Assembly: GCF_964204865.1 (NCBI RefSeq) | Contig: NC_135261.1 | Span: 18,848,001 to 18,912,000 of the forward strand | Length of the DNA stretch: 64,000 bases | Source: Styela clava | Lineage: Eukaryota | Direction of reading: 5' to 3' | Part shown: positions 48,801 through 62,730 of the stretch, piece by piece | Numbering within the stretch: position 1 is the first letter of the stretch | How the letters are laid out: each line of letters begins with the position of its first letter | Position numbers and translations under genes: made by a program | The notes under the pieces: generated by a model | Seen by the model: the letters and a program-made list of their open reading frames with translations, nothing else | Database searches by the model: none | Told to the model about the DNA's origin: nothing

Positions 48801-50952
48801 ACCAATCAGCGCGTGCAAATAAAATATATTCGTCAAAAATATAATTCCTTTTTTTTAAACTATGAAGTTAAGTGAAGACTGGTGTTTTTTGTTTTGTCAC
48901 TCACCGATCCTAATTTAAAAGTTGCTGTTAAAAAATATTATCGAATTTTTTCTCTTTCCCGATCCATAATCGGGGCCAACCGGACAACTTGAAAATAATC
49001 TAGTAAACGTTGCTAATTTTTGCACATTTACCCGAAATTAGACAACATCTCAAGTTCTTATGATAATAAATATAGTCAATTATTGTAAAATTATGTTCAG
49101 ATGAAAACAAAATATTTGCCCGTTACTTACTGTTCTTATGCTTCCGCAATCGTCGTACGCAGGTGACCACAGCACGTAGTAACCCGCATCCAGCGTGACA
49201 TTGTTACATGAAGCATTCATTAGTCGAAGACTACTTGTTGATATGTTATTATAGTCTATATATGACTGATTCAAAAACACACGGAAAGCGTATCCATCGT
49301 TAAGAGATGCCATGCTACAATCAAGTTTTGTAGCCAGTTCTAAAACCAAATTTATAACAGTTTAACTTTTTTAGGGAAGTAGGACAATAATTATGCATTA
49401 TGCATGATAAAACAAAGATTTTCCAAATGTTATGGATTAGTAGTAGTTTGAGCATCGTGATTCTGTTTCTTTGCTTATAGCATTGTTTGGAGTGATGAAG
49501 TGAGAAAACCTAGGAACTAAAATGTTGAAAGACATAAAAAAGAAAACGATAAAAAACTATATAAAAAGATAATAAAAAAGACGACTCCATGCACAAATCA
49601 GTTGGCAAAAGCAGCGACGTTCAAAAAATCGTAAATAAACAGAGTGACATATATGAATTTTTATTGTAGCACCATTACTTCGCCTAACTCAGTGGTCTCC
49701 AAAGGACGCGCCCCGAAAATTAACAGAAGTGTATCAAACATAAATAAAATATGATTGGATGTTTTACGTATTGTGTTTTTTATGAATGTTTTATTGTTTT
49801 TTTTATTCTAAATGCTGTGTATATGAATCAATGAATTCATTTTACTTTTCTGTTACTTAGTTTCTGCCTCCATTGTTGCGTAACAATAGAGATAGACACT
49901 ACTCGTGCTTGCTGCAAATTTGTAACCTGCAGATTATTTATCTGCTCGACCGAGTTTAGCCAACATGAGTAATATTTTTAGACTTCCAAAGGAAAATCAG
50001 GTAGAGATGAGAAAGAAGAGTTGACATTTGCCTTTATTTCTTAGGGCTACATGTTTACAAACTTTAGAAGGCCCAAAGACATAACGTTAACGATCACCAA
50101 ATTGAGTTTTATTCAAAAGCAGCAATATTTTTCGAGTACGTGCGCCTTGGGAATGTTTTCCTTAATAATTTGACGACGCACGAACAATTTTCAGTATACA
50201 GAATACTCCATCAAGTGGATTAAATTTGGAGAGAGATAAACCCGGATACAAACAAGGAAAATCCGATATCGGAGGTGGGCTTCCTGAAATCATTGTTAGA
50301 GCATTCCACTCAATTATGTTTGCATTGCTGGTTATTCGATTTCAGTCTTTCCAAAATATAGGAGTTCTTCACCTAGAAATGGCTTCTTAAAATGGAGCTT
50401 TTTTTGGTGTAAAAGGCTTATAAAAACGTTGCATAAACAAGTTGGAGCCGCCAGTCATGTACAAAACGAAATCTCGGTACGTGGGCAATAAGATGATTAT
50501 CTAATAAAGCTAAACTTTATTTTAAAATGTGTTTGGACATTCGGAAATATTGACGGAAACAGTTTTTTTTAAATAACGGCATAATATTTTTTAGTTCACG
50601 AAAAATGTTAATTTTTTCATCGGTACGTTGTTAGGCCTTGGTTGTTTTATTTCTCGTATCATCACTTGTATATGACAAGTTACAACAGTATCACATTAAA
50701 ATCGAAACGTAAAAATAACTTACGACAACTGATTCCATCTCCAGTAAAGTCAGCTTCGCATTCACAACATTCATGAGTTGAATTCAAATATGTACGAGTC
50801 GCAAAATGATCACATGCAGTTGTATTGTCCACAGCTGTACCGTTTTCACAGGTTGGTATGATAAACACAGCAATTGCTTGAGACGATATAATTGGTACAA
50901 ATGCGATTAACAACGATATCACAAGTAGAAATTTTGACTTTGTTGCAACCAT
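42819..50952 (-). CDS. Gene E: type I membrane ZP-domain protein (signal peptide - EGF-like - ZP-N/ZP-C - furin site - TM), uromodulin/GP2-like architecture, about 420 aa
   Basis: Exons 50952-50724, 49339-49131, 48307-48153, 46607-46463, 45828-45713, 43876-43723, 43214-43103, 42961-42819 splice in frame. EGF CECEADFTGDGISC; ZP motifs DCGS, IYSNAV, IDFQC, ECWATP, FQLSVFAF...VYLHCAVQLC; consensus furin cleavage site CSSRKKR; TM VMIIIILLVLTGVLLIAIIALLIYVCV then RRRKST*. Confidence 0.9.
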
Positions 50953-51895
50953 CTTGAATTTTGCACAAATTCGTTTAGCTACTCAGAATCTGTTGTCTTT
51001 GTATGGCCGACAAGCGCAAAGTCAGGTTCGAATGTAACTGGTAATTTCCCTTTATGTCCAAATCGAGTTTTCTTCGCATTTTCCGCCGAATATCAAAATA
51101 GAGGGCGTTCGTTGTTTCGCTTGAAATATTTTCTAAACCATAACCGCTCTTTACGATTTTGATTTTTGCCACAAGGAACCTTGTCTGGAATAGTCAAGCA
51201 TAAATGATACATATATCGATTATAATTTGAAGGGTTATTCGAACATTCAATTGGACGCAAATAATACCTTTATGAATGAAGAACAAATCCACAAGCAATC
51301 AAAATCATGGCATAAAATTGCGTTCGACGTGGATCATTGTGTTTGTGTTCCGAAACACACCTTGGTAGAAAGTTAATGAACTTCATATTCAAATGAAGAA
51401 CAAAGTATGCTTAAAAATATTGATATATTTCAACACCTATTCGATTCATTCATTGGAAGTGTTTAAAATGAGAACGACTAGGCATCCAATTATCATACTA
51501 GACTATATATGTCTCGTAGACAAGGTAAAAATAAATTGTCTGAGAAATGAACTCTAATCTTTAGAATACAATAATTAACGCGATTAAAAGGGTGTTTCGA
51601 GATAATTTGTTTGTATAGACATTAATCAAGACATTTTCTATATCAAGTCGTTTGCATCATATATATTTGATTATTTTTTCGATTGATATTATGCTATTTT
51701 GATAGGTCGTACAAACATAATTTTCCAATAAAAATTTAAATAAAAACTACGATTATAATGTAGCATGTTGTGAAAATATAACTGTGCAAGTGAACTACAA
51801 AAAATTAGATTGTAAATGTAGAATTACTTTTACTTTTTATTAAATTCAAATTTCGTTGGTATTTTTTTATTATGCAATATTCTACATTTTACATA

Positions 51896-52718
51896 TCGTC
51901 ACGCTAATAACCGAATTGCGTAAGTCATTTTTAGCAGTTTTGAGAAAAACGTAAAAAACTTCCTAATGATATTATTATGCCATTGAGAGTCAATGATTTG
52001 CCGTGGTTCAATTTTTTTAACGTAGCCGGATTTAAGTTAATTTGTATGTGCAGTTAAGTGACGTCATAATGGCGTACTGTGACTTAGGCAGAATGTGTCT
52101 ATGACTTGTGGACATACGCAATTTTGCAACTTTCTTATATGCACCAGTCCTGAAAACTAAACATTCCAAAAACGAATGTAATTCTCAGTATCTACAATGT
52201 CTAATCCCCAAAATAGCTAATCAGTTTCAATTACATTATTTTTTATGTTTAAAAATATACATTTCACCAATATAACACTGCACACCCACCGGAAAAAGAC
52301 TAAGATTAAATATAAAGAATAAAACAGCAATGCACCCAATATAAAAGCCAACCAAGATAAATTTACTCGGACAGTGAATATCATAAGTGCACGTCTTCCC
52401 ATACTGTAGTATAAATTCAAATTAATACGCGATAAGCTACGAGATTAATACGAGATGCAAAAACTCGAAAACACTTCGCCGAGGTTATTTTGCCTTTGGG
52501 ACGTCACAATAGTCCTGCGGTAACAATGATAATTCATTATGACGAAACAATTGCACAAATGTGCATGTCATACTAAATCTTTGTTTTTATGGGTTTCGGA
52601 ATTCTTAAAATAAAATCTGAATTAACAGACAGGTGCGCAGCATTACATAAATACCTATTTTATAAAAAAAATTAAATCGCCAATAATGACTTACGCACTT
52701 CGGTTATTAGCGTGACGA
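51896..52718. mobile_element. Non-autonomous TIR DNA transposon (about 820 bp), TA-flanked (Tc1/mariner-like, tentative)
   Basis: tcgtcacgctaataaccgaattgcgtaagtcatt (from 51896) versus aatgacttacgcacttcggttattagcgtgacga (to 52718): inverted repeat with one mismatch; TA on both flanks. Confidence 0.8.
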
Positions 52719-55700
52719 TATATAAATAAGATATGTACGTTTACCTCGAGTTTTTTGAAAAACTTTCAACTTTTTCAAAGTGTTAAAATGCACCCACAAT
52801 AAACCAGTGATCGCCTCAGAGGCAAGGCTAATCTATTTCGTGCATATACTTTTATGCTATTTTCTATTTATTATTGTTATGATTACACTTGTTTATATTT
52901 GGCGTGGCCAATCACTATGGTAACCGACATGGCGTTCAAAAACATATTGAGATAATTAAATCAACGGGATACAATAGTGAAATGCTTGGTCACAATTCTA
53001 ACCGTACCCGAGTCAATATCCAACGTGTTCAAAAATGGACAAATTACAGTCTAAATAAACACGAATACTCAAAGGAGTGATAACTGCAAATTTTATTATC
53101 TTATGCATTGTATGTATATATTGATTTATTATATTCTGTACTGTGTAAACGCAAAACATTTTTTGTAATATTCACTTAATTTTATTTATCTTGCTAAGCT
53201 AACTTCCAGTTCATAGATATATAAGGAATTTCGTTTGATTCCTTTACCGGTAAATTGCAGAATGATAATAAAATGCCATGCGACCTTCGGCCCAAATTTC
53301 CAGTCTCTAAATCTAGTTTTTTGTTGTTCTATTGCCCATTGAAATTTACTCAATTTTGGCTACCTTTAATTCAAAAATAAATACTTTATGTATTGCGCCG
53401 AAGTGTTGCCTGAGCTTTTCTAAGATACCATGATCTATTAAAGTTAAGTTATTCATGACAGCGCTTTTCTTCAACCGAATTTTATAAACCATGAATAACT
53501 TGATCGAAATTAATTAACCTTTAAACTTGGATCCTATAAAATTGCCCAGAAGAATTGAAATATTAAATCAACTGAGAACATGTATCATATCGGTGTTTAT
53601 TTTGCCATCCTATATACATAGTATAACATAACCTTTTTATTGAAAAGTAGAAGTTGAAAGGGTAACGAAATAACGAAGAAATCGCAATACGTAACAAGGT
53701 CGAAGACCACATATTGAAATTACAGGCAGTATCAAATGTGCTCTTGGAGCAATTACGAAAAAAAATTTACAAAAAATGGGGAATTGGATAATTTTGTATG
53801 TAGGTTACGCACAACCAAAACATTTTCACGTTTAATAGATATTGTTCATTGTTTTCTTCCGCTCAAAGCTTCTATTTTTTCCAAAATGCATTTCATACAT
53901 GGTTCGATTATTTCTGCAACCGGTTTTTGACAAGAATTCCACAGGTTTTCGCTTGACCACGCACTTTTTTCTGTAATTGCAAACATGATTTTTTAGTTAG
54001 TGACACAAATGAATAATATACATAAATGTAAGACACTAAATCATAGCTCTTCCCTCGTATTTGAAATATATGTGTGTTTGTGCATTTGCGATTTACAAAC
54101 CATATAGCAGCTAATCGTCGTTCCAGCCTTGTGCTTTTCACGTAATTTCATATAAATCTTAGATATGATTTTTAAGTCTGCTACACAAAATCAGTACTAA
54201 CAATGACGTGCAAATTTAATTATCATTTTCATTGTACAAAAACGACTATCGATTGTTGAAATGATAAAAATCGAACTTTATTTTGACATACTTTCTTTGC
54301 ACTCATTGATATAATCCATACAACGTTTGTCTGCTAAATTTTCTATTTTTTCTCTCATTTCATCATCTGGCAGACATTGCTTTTCCTCAAGGCATATTTT
54401 CCTAATACCTGTTAGTGTGAAAAATTCTTTAATTCAGTAGAAAAGCACTGATTTTCGGTATTATGGCAATTTGATGTTAGAAGAGAAAAAATGACAAAGA
54501 TTAGGTTTTATCATACAAATGTGCAATCCTCTGATTCAATTTTATATACAAAAAGAATACAATATCTTTTGCAAACAAGCGTAAAATAAGGAAAATCACT
54601 ATAAGATAATATTTGGATGCGATATTTCGTTTCGCAATTCGAAATGGCGAAAACGATTACTCCAATCACAATGCAAATAAAGCGCAAATTGCGCAAAAAA
54701 CAAAGTCAATGATGCCAATGATGGATTTTCAGTTATGCTTGAATTGTAAAATTTTAATATATATTCAATCGCTCATAATTTTGCAGATGCTAGTTTTAAA
54801 CGTCCAAGATAAATTATATAAAGTATTCGCGTATGATAAAAAATGTACTTACGGCCATATTGTCTCATTTCAGTTGGCGAGGCGCGGCAATAGGAAAAGA
54901 TAAGCGCAATTAAAAGTGCTGCAACAAATAATGTTTGTGCCATCTCAAATCGAGATCAAGTATTTGTATTTCTATTAAAAATTTTATATCGAACTGGTAG
55001 ATCTAAGATTTAGAGTAAATATTGAAAGTAAAAATATGGGCATTGTCAACCTCAAGTATTGTAGAAAACACACACGGTATCAATAGATTAAAATACCCAA
55101 CGAAGTTGGAAATCTATATAGCGGTAACTATTAAAGTGTTGTATGAAAACCAAATCAAAATTTTGCCGGCATGAAATAAAAAACTAAGTAGACTATTCAG
55201 AATCGAATGAATTCCAACGCAACAAAAATTGATGCAGTTGCTTATCTAAAATGTATCAACATTAATGCATTATACATAAAAAATCTTTAAAATGGTTTCT
55301 AAAGTGATTAAAATTTATCAAGCTCTTTTTTAAATATGTGCAGATAGAATATGCTTGTACATTTACTGCTAGTTTAAAATTAACTCAGAGTATTTGTAGA
55401 AAACATTGAAACGTTGATATTGAGAAGTTAACTTAAGTATACCAATATATTCTGTTGGAATCTATCAACCTCCTTCTTTGAGGTTACATTTTCTAATTCT
55501 TTCTTTCTATCCTCTCGAATAAGATGAATGTTATTCACACGGCTTCATCAATTTATAGCTAAACTTGCCCCGAAAAAACGAATTAAGAGAAACCTGCAGT
55601 AATATAAATTAGGTCATTAGCAATTTGAATTTCAAAAGTATATAATACATTCAATCCAACGTAATCCTCACAATCGTATCAATATGTAGAATTAAGTTCC

Positions 55701-57089
55701 CATTAATCGGATTCGACTTTCACAATCTGGGTCAAGAACCAATACAGATGTTGTATTTTAATTCCGTGATTGTCTGCCGTTCGTAATCGCGTAAGTAATT
55801 ATTTGGTATAATTGTGTCAGTCAACAAAAGCCATTCGTATTATTTTGTCACAAAGTACGTCATTAGCTTGTGAACGTGCTAGACGTTCTAAGAAATTTCT
55901 TATGGCTCATTTCATATACTATACAAATTGCATTATGAGTTGATCGGTTTACTAAATTCTCTGACCACAAGGTCGCGCTGCGGAGAAAATTATATTCAAT
56001 TTTTGCTGCGATTTCCTGTCAAATATTTTTGGTTTCACTTATTGTAAGCGATAGTAATGTCACCTGTGTATATCTTCTATATTAAAACATTTGGAAAAAT
56101 ATTTTTCAATGCAAAAGAGATACAATGGATGACCAGCACACAACAATTTCTTGTACGTGACAAACCTCGAATGTAGCTTTAGAGAGTACTTTATTCTCCC
56201 AATCACAGAATCATCTATTAGGACCTAATAGAAAAACCAAGTTAAATACAAATACCCGTGGCGCACGTAAAAGGTCCTACCTCAATATCGAAATCAATTA
56301 TTACGTTCAACTGCGCGACGCGAAAATTTCACTCGCCTGTGTAGTCAGCATTTGGGCCATGCTAAAGAGATTCAGTTTTCTGGCGCATAAGGTCCATATT
56401 AGTAAGTTTATTTGGCTTGTTGAACTCGCTTATGTGCACGACAAGCACGCATCCTCAATTCAATAATATCAAGCAATCGTACAATTCAACGCGACGGATA
56501 AAAGAACTTCCGAAGATTGGCGTTGAATACAATACTTAAATCATCAAGCGACTTTGATTAAGAATTAGTTATATATTTGGATGGCAAAATTTGCTAATTA
56601 TAATGCAAGATAAATATTTAGGTTTGCTCATATCAAATGCTCTTGCTCAATATATTTATCAAAAGTTTTGTATGCCAAATTGCGACATGAGACCTCGCCT
56701 ATTTTCGTGGTTGAGTCTGAGCCTGTGGTAAGTTTTCTGCCGCTGCGATCCGTTCGTAGACGGTTTACGCCTTGCGGCATATGCGGAACCACGGGTGACT
56801 TGTAGTGAGCCCGGTTACGCAAACGAGACCATTCCTAGTGTCATCACGGAGCGACACGATTCGGTGCAGGAAGAGATCTTGGATCACATATTTTTCAGCC
56901 GAGTTTTTCTAGGCGCGATGTCGACGAATAAATTGCGGCGAATTGGGTCGTAATACTTCATGGGGTGTGTCTATTCGGCAACGGTGAGGCTGCCATAGAT
57001 GAAACGGTCCGTCGGAAGCACTCAAAGAATGAAGAGTTATGTCGCTTCATTGCTCATGCCTCTGGTGGCGGCGTTCCACGTATTTAGGC

Positions 57090-58190
57090 CAGAGTTTCCC
57101 AAACTTTTTGGGCCGCAGACCCCTGTTTGTGAATCTTATTTTTGACGGACGCCGTTCCTATGAACCTCTTCCCGACATTTGACCCCGAATTTTTTTTCTC
57201 TATAATTTACCATTGCAGAACGTTCGGGGCGAGTGCTTTTGCGAGTTGGCGCCTGTAAAATGAAATATTTGTTTCAAACCACCATTATGATTCATCGCAT
57301 ACAACAATCTGTTTTTTAAAAGTATCGGTAAAGAATTTTAGCCTAGTCTATCACAGCTATTTCTACACTAATTTTTTATTACTGCAAAGAAATTAAAACT
57401 CCTAGGAATACAGAGTGATCATTGAATTATCTGATTTATATTTAAGTTTCCAAAACAAAACAGAAAACTAACGAATAGAGTTCAAAAACGCGAAAACGAG
57501 GTAGTGTTTACGACCACGCTTGAAAATCTGTCTGAGTGAGAAAAGTGTCTGAGCGGATGCGAAAAGGGAGCATTGTTGCGTCAATTTTTGCATCTTGCTG
57601 ATTGGCCAATGTCACGAAGTAAACAAGGAAGTCGATGCTCGGGGAAAGGTCCGTGTCAAACCAACGAAGAAGGATAATGTTTCTTTTGACGACATAAAAC
57701 TCATGAAAGTTTGATTCAATACCTTTAGAGTTTTAATACTGGTAGACCAATGGCAAATATTATAATCTGTTTGCTACCCGATATCCGGACTGCCGGTACT
57801 GATTGAACACATGGACCTAATTTAAATGTGTATATTACTACAGCCTCACACAATTAACTAAATTTCGATTCATGCCGCTTCCTTGCAGCAATGGTAACAG
57901 GCTCAAATGACCTTAGCAAAGTCGTACAAGTTATCGACTGGTGATAACTCAGTAACTCATACGATCAATTGTTACCGACGATGTAGCCCTGTGGCGGAGG
58001 TCTAACTCACAGACACTAAAAGCAAGAATCGTTCAACAACGTCTTTTTCACTCACATTGTTAAGGTTTCGTAACAATAACGATTTGTGATTGCGTGAACT
58101 TATTACTTTACCTCGTTTGCAAATGTCTATGTGACAGTGTATTGCGGACCCCCCGTGCAGTCATCACGGACCCCAGTTTGGGAAACCCTG
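57090..58190. mobile_element. Non-autonomous hAT (Charlie-like) element, 1.1 kb
   Basis: TIRs cagagtttcccaaact / agtttgggaaaccctg; degenerate 8-bp TSD atttaggc / ctctaggc; no transposase ORF. Confidence 0.8.
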
Positions 58191-59759
58191 CTCTAGGCAG
58201 TTGGGGACCAGACTGCTCTTCGTGCTTTGGGTGCGACCGGAGAGATTGCTACTGCGGTCTCCTGTAACAGCGTCAAGAACTCCATTCGGGGTTCCCATCG
58301 CGTCTGGAGGGCCTGATGCGCACTTCTCGGCGATGTCGCTAATTTGAATTCACCCTCTCTCCCGACATTGCATTCTATATTTTCTTCAAATTCTTTTCTC
58401 CTTCCTTAGTGGGTGTTTGAGGTGTGTTCGTGAAATTGAGTGAATGTTTCATACTTTACCTGGTCACCTGGTTGATTCCCACTAATGGTTTCCTGAGGTC
58501 GTTGGAGCCCTTTGATCCCTAAATAAGTTCACTGATACTGTGGATCTAAATTTGTTTGTTGTATTTTAATCTCCTTCCCTCTACTTTCTCCACAATCCAC
58601 GCTCGGTAATGTGTATCGACCACCACATACATGCCCTATATATATATATTAGTTTCATACCGCTCGCCTCCATTATCCCAGTTTTAATTTGCAGTTTTGG
58701 CCATATGTCACCAAATTATAATTTTGACAAATTATTTTTCAATATTTTTTTTGCGAATATTTCACACTATTTAAACGCACTCCGGTCGATAGTAAAAGGC
58801 GAGCGGTATCTATTATTCAGTCATTTATATTTTCATCTCCATAGAACTCATTGCCGAGTTGACCAGCTCTTCGCAGCAATTTTGTTGTTGTTTATTATTC
58901 TGTGTGCTTCTTGCTCGGCGGGTTGGCCGTGACTGGCGTTGTTGACTCAAAGTGGGGAAATGGCTTAGTTGGATGAGCCCCATTAATTTTTAATATTGGC
59001 GTGTGCTACTTTTACTACATGCTCAATTCATTTCTTATTTAGGTTAATTATCGTTTGTTTGTATTTTCATGAATACTGCTTCAGCCCATCCTGCGTGGGG
59101 GAGGTCAGGGTTACTGGTGATGTACTGCAATAAAAGTACTTGAAGTCAAACATTTACCAATTTTACCGTTTTGCCTACACTATTTTACGACTCCGATTGT
59201 CGGATATATACATTGCTCATTTGTACAAAACTTTTATAGGAAAATTATTTCATAGATTTTTTTTCTTCTCATTTTTTCTTCTCTTGGGCTTATATTTCCA
59301 AAAATAATTTCTGTCGGGGGAGAGGGTTGTTGTAGCGAATACATAAGAATAGTTACTGTGTATTTTAATACTTTTCTCCACTTATTTTTAATAGTACACT
59401 TTCCAGCGAAAGTGTTGATCGTTTTTGTTTCATCGTTCTTTGTTAGTTAGAAATTTGATTTCATCACATATACTTGCATTGCGCTTTTATTTTTATTACG
59501 TTATCTGTTATTTGTATTAATTCGATCGTGCAACTTCTATCACAATCTATTGTGTGTTTATTGACCTCCAAACAAGTCAGTTGGGGTATACTCCGCTGAA
59601 GTACGTTAAAGAGTACTGGAGTAAGAACGCGCAGATAGGGTCATCAATCCCTATGAGCCTTCATACGTAGCCTACCTACATATTCATATTTTTGAGATCG
59701 TTGAAGCATGTTACTCGATGTAATGTGAATAATATATTAAAATTAAAAGTATACAACTT

Positions 59760-60400
59760 TAATTAATCTTACTAAACTCCTCTGTTCAAATTTTTATTCA
59801 GATTTGCAGATTGCAGATCTATATATTCAAGGTGTGTGGTGTCATCTAGTACAGTAAGTCATTTTTGTTATTAGATATGTAAATTAGATTTCTACTTAAC
59901 ATCACAGCGAATTCCTCGATAAAGACTTAGCACTATATTTAATCGTGTTTTGTGAAATTTTTAATGCAAATACTGTAATTTTATTTTAAATAAAAAATAT
60001 GAATATTCAGCACTACCTTGTTTTTGTTGTTTACAGAAAAGCCTTTGATCTACCTGTTCGCGTGACCTTTATTCAAAACTGGTGCACGAGGTAAAAATTT
60101 TAAACCCACTGGAATTTTCTCTTTTCTAATTTGAAGTGCGTACTTCCAGCGGTGGGATTTAACCGGTTCGCACTGGTTCTATAGAACCGTCTCACGGAAT
60201 TTTATGAGACGAGCAAACCGGTTAGCATTACTGGTTACTGTCAATGTTCTGTTTGTAACAGAACCGTCTAAAAAATATGACTTTTGTGATAGAACCGGCT
60301 GACAAAAAATATAAATCCCACCACTGCGTACTTGCGTTTGTTTTGTTATTTCTTTGGAGCTCCAAGGATTAGATTTTATCGCGTGCATTCATGTGTGCAA
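59760..60400 (+). pseudogene. Decayed LINE reverse-transcriptase fragment (also present in copy 2)
   Basis: QHYLVFVVYRKAFD (60008-60049; copy 2 QHYLVFVVCRKAFD 63256-63297) resembles the LINE RT F.D..KAFD motif, preceded by ILLNSSVQIF (ISLL...KIF-like) and, in copy 2, AGFQ; frames are broken. Confidence 0.55.
60147..60326. mobile_element. hAT-type MITE (180 bp) inside duplication copy 1
   Basis: TIR cagcggtgggattta / taaatcccaccactg; TSD cgtacttc / cgtacttg. Confidence 0.85.
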
Positions 60401-61113
60401 TGTAATGTGATTCTTTGTACCAGCAGTGGTTCTTATCTGTCCAGACATAAATCTAAATGCGTTTAAAACTATGGGGTGATGACTTTCCGCGTGACATACA
60501 ATGACCTCAAAACCTGTGGTCCAATTATCTATTACCATAGAAACGAAACAAAACATATGTGAAGAAAAGCAGTTTTCCCAATAATACGGTATATTCAAGT
60601 ATCACCAGACATCCGTAATAAATATAAAAAAAATATTAGAAGACAAGACTTCATCACTCGAGTGAAAAATTTCATAATATTTAAATGCATTTTATTGTTT
60701 ATTTTCATAGAAGATATACAATTACTCAAGATAAGTTATTGCATTAAAATACAGAAAAAGCAGTTTTTAATTTGATAAGAAATGCTTTAGATATATCTAT
60801 GTTATTAGGGATAAAATATCGGCGTTTGTTATACTGAGGGAAAATATAAATAACAAAAATATAGTCATTAACTACTCATTAAAAACTGTTTGTAATATTA
60901 TGCCTGGACCTAACTCATTCTAAGCCTTGGTGAGGTAAACTGGAAAAAGTAAATTTGTAAACATGTTGTATCCAAATAAATGTTTAAACAAATTCATGTT
61001 ACAATTACATGTTCATACAAATTTAAAAAATGATTTGAGTTTGCATGCTGAAGGGGTCGATACGGTGGTTTCCTGTAACTTCTGCGTCAGGAGCTCGATC
61101 CGGCTACAGCGGT

Positions 61114-61514
61114 AGAGACTTCTCTACGGCCCATGGACCGGGGCCAAGGCCCATCTAATTGGGCCACATGGGCCGCGGCCCCATCGGGAAAAATTCAATT
61201 ATCTTACCAAAATTTTCAATTTTTACAAAATTGTCAATATTTGAACCAAAAAAAAAACGCTGGATGCCACCACATTTTTTTCTTACGATAAGCCTTTATA
61301 TATATAAAAATAAAGCAAAATACCAAGCTACAGAAAAGGATAATCCTGTAGTATGTGTACCAGGTTAGGTTAGGACACAATTTTGTTCAGCTTTCTCATA
61401 TTTTAGTTCTATTATGAGTGATGATTACTTGATGGGCCGCGGCCCATAGCCTGATGGCCCGAGGCCCAATTTGATGTGCCGTGGCCCCGGCCCATGGGCC
61501 GTAGAGGAGTCACC
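61114..61514. mobile_element. MITE with long GC-rich inverted repeats
   Basis: gacttctctacggcccatggaccggggcca... (left) versus ...tggccccggcccatgggccgtagaggagtc (right), arms about 70-80 bp, AT-rich core. Confidence 0.8.
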
Positions 61515-62012
61515 CCTTCCCCTCTGATCCGGGGTTCCCATCTCATCTAGAGAGCCTGGCGCGGATTTAGTCGCCTAGTTTCTGTTAAATATGCGCATAC
61601 AAGTGGCTAGGATTTGACTGCTTCAGCCCTCCTGCGACGGCGGGGTTACTGGCGATATACTGCAATAAAAATATTTGGAGTCAAACATTTTAAAAATTTC
61701 CTTTTTTTGCTACACTATTTTTCAACTACGATAGATGCATATACATACATTGCCCCGCCCCGGGTGGGTTCGCGTGAAGATTTTCCGAGGTCGCCTAGTT
61801 TCTGTTAAATATGCGCACCATGTGACTAGGATTTGAAAGTTAGAAAGTGAAATTTGTGCTGGTTGGTGGGTATTAGTAAATACAATTGATTAACAGTGTT
61901 ACGAGCGCCGATGATATTTTCCTTTTTGTAGCTTTTTTGATAAATGTTACATCCGAATGAGTAGTTGATCTTAGTCCTTATCTTTTCATTCAAGAGTAAC
62001 TGCAGGCTAAAT

Positions 62013-62727
62013 CAGTGGTTCCACCCGCTGGTTCGCGAACCGGATTTTTTTCCAGGTTGCGAGAAATTGTGTTGGTTTGTTATTTTGTACCATTGTAGCC
62101 GCTTGGTTAAGGAATATACAAAGCTAAGTTGTTTTATTTGGCAATTGGCTCTTAATTAAGTGTTTAACAAGTATGGTATTAATTGCCAGGCGGTGTCTTG
62201 GCCGAGTAATCACACCTCAGGTTTCGATCAATTGCGAAAGTGCTTTGTTAATTCGCGCCCGTATATCTAAAATCTCTTGCACATAAAAGTGAACATTTTC
62301 GTATTGCAATATTATAAGATTTAGAGTAGACGCTTATTACATAATTTCGAAGCTTTCTAAGCAGTCAAACACAAAACCACGAAGAATTCTAGCACGATAA
62401 AAGGCACTTAATTGGATGTGATTCCCGTACCCGTTTTTTCCTATTTTACTTTCATGCTTTGTTCTACATTCGAATTAATAATGGAGCAATCTGTAATATG
62501 TTAACATTGAACTAAAAAAATACTCTGTTGAAATAAACCAAATAAGATTTCAAATTTATGTATATTTGGAAGCAATCTTACTATTCCCGAAGTATTGCAC
62601 GTTTTATCAAGTCCGCCTATGTTTCGCCAAAGAACCGTCATAATTCTTATCTCAAGAGAGTATCTATAGGCTTTAATCTATGATTTTATGAAACTTGGAA
62701 TCGCAAAAAAAAGTTTAGGAACCACTG
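62013..62727. mobile_element. Probable hAT-type non-autonomous element
   Basis: Ends cagtggttcc / ggaaccactg with subterminal ggttcgcgaacc; no clear TSD. Confidence 0.55.
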
Positions 62728-62730
62728 ATA

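Larger units (their letters stand above)
59581..60938 (+). repeat. Local direct duplication, copy 1 (partner 62731-63955)
   Basis: Colinear similarity from ttggggtatact... to taactcatt..aagc.ttggtgag(g)gtaaa, with indels. Confidence 0.9.

Noticed and set aside
56650-58350. GC-richer sequence interrupted by the hAT element, possibly a retroelement relic
   Set aside because: No RT, integrase or gag motif that I could identify with confidence.
59095-61840. Short dispersed repeats (59108-59190 vs 61644-61730; 61570-61615 vs 61790-61835)
   Set aside because: Real similarity but boundaries undefined; probably fragments of another repeat family, with nothing further supportable.
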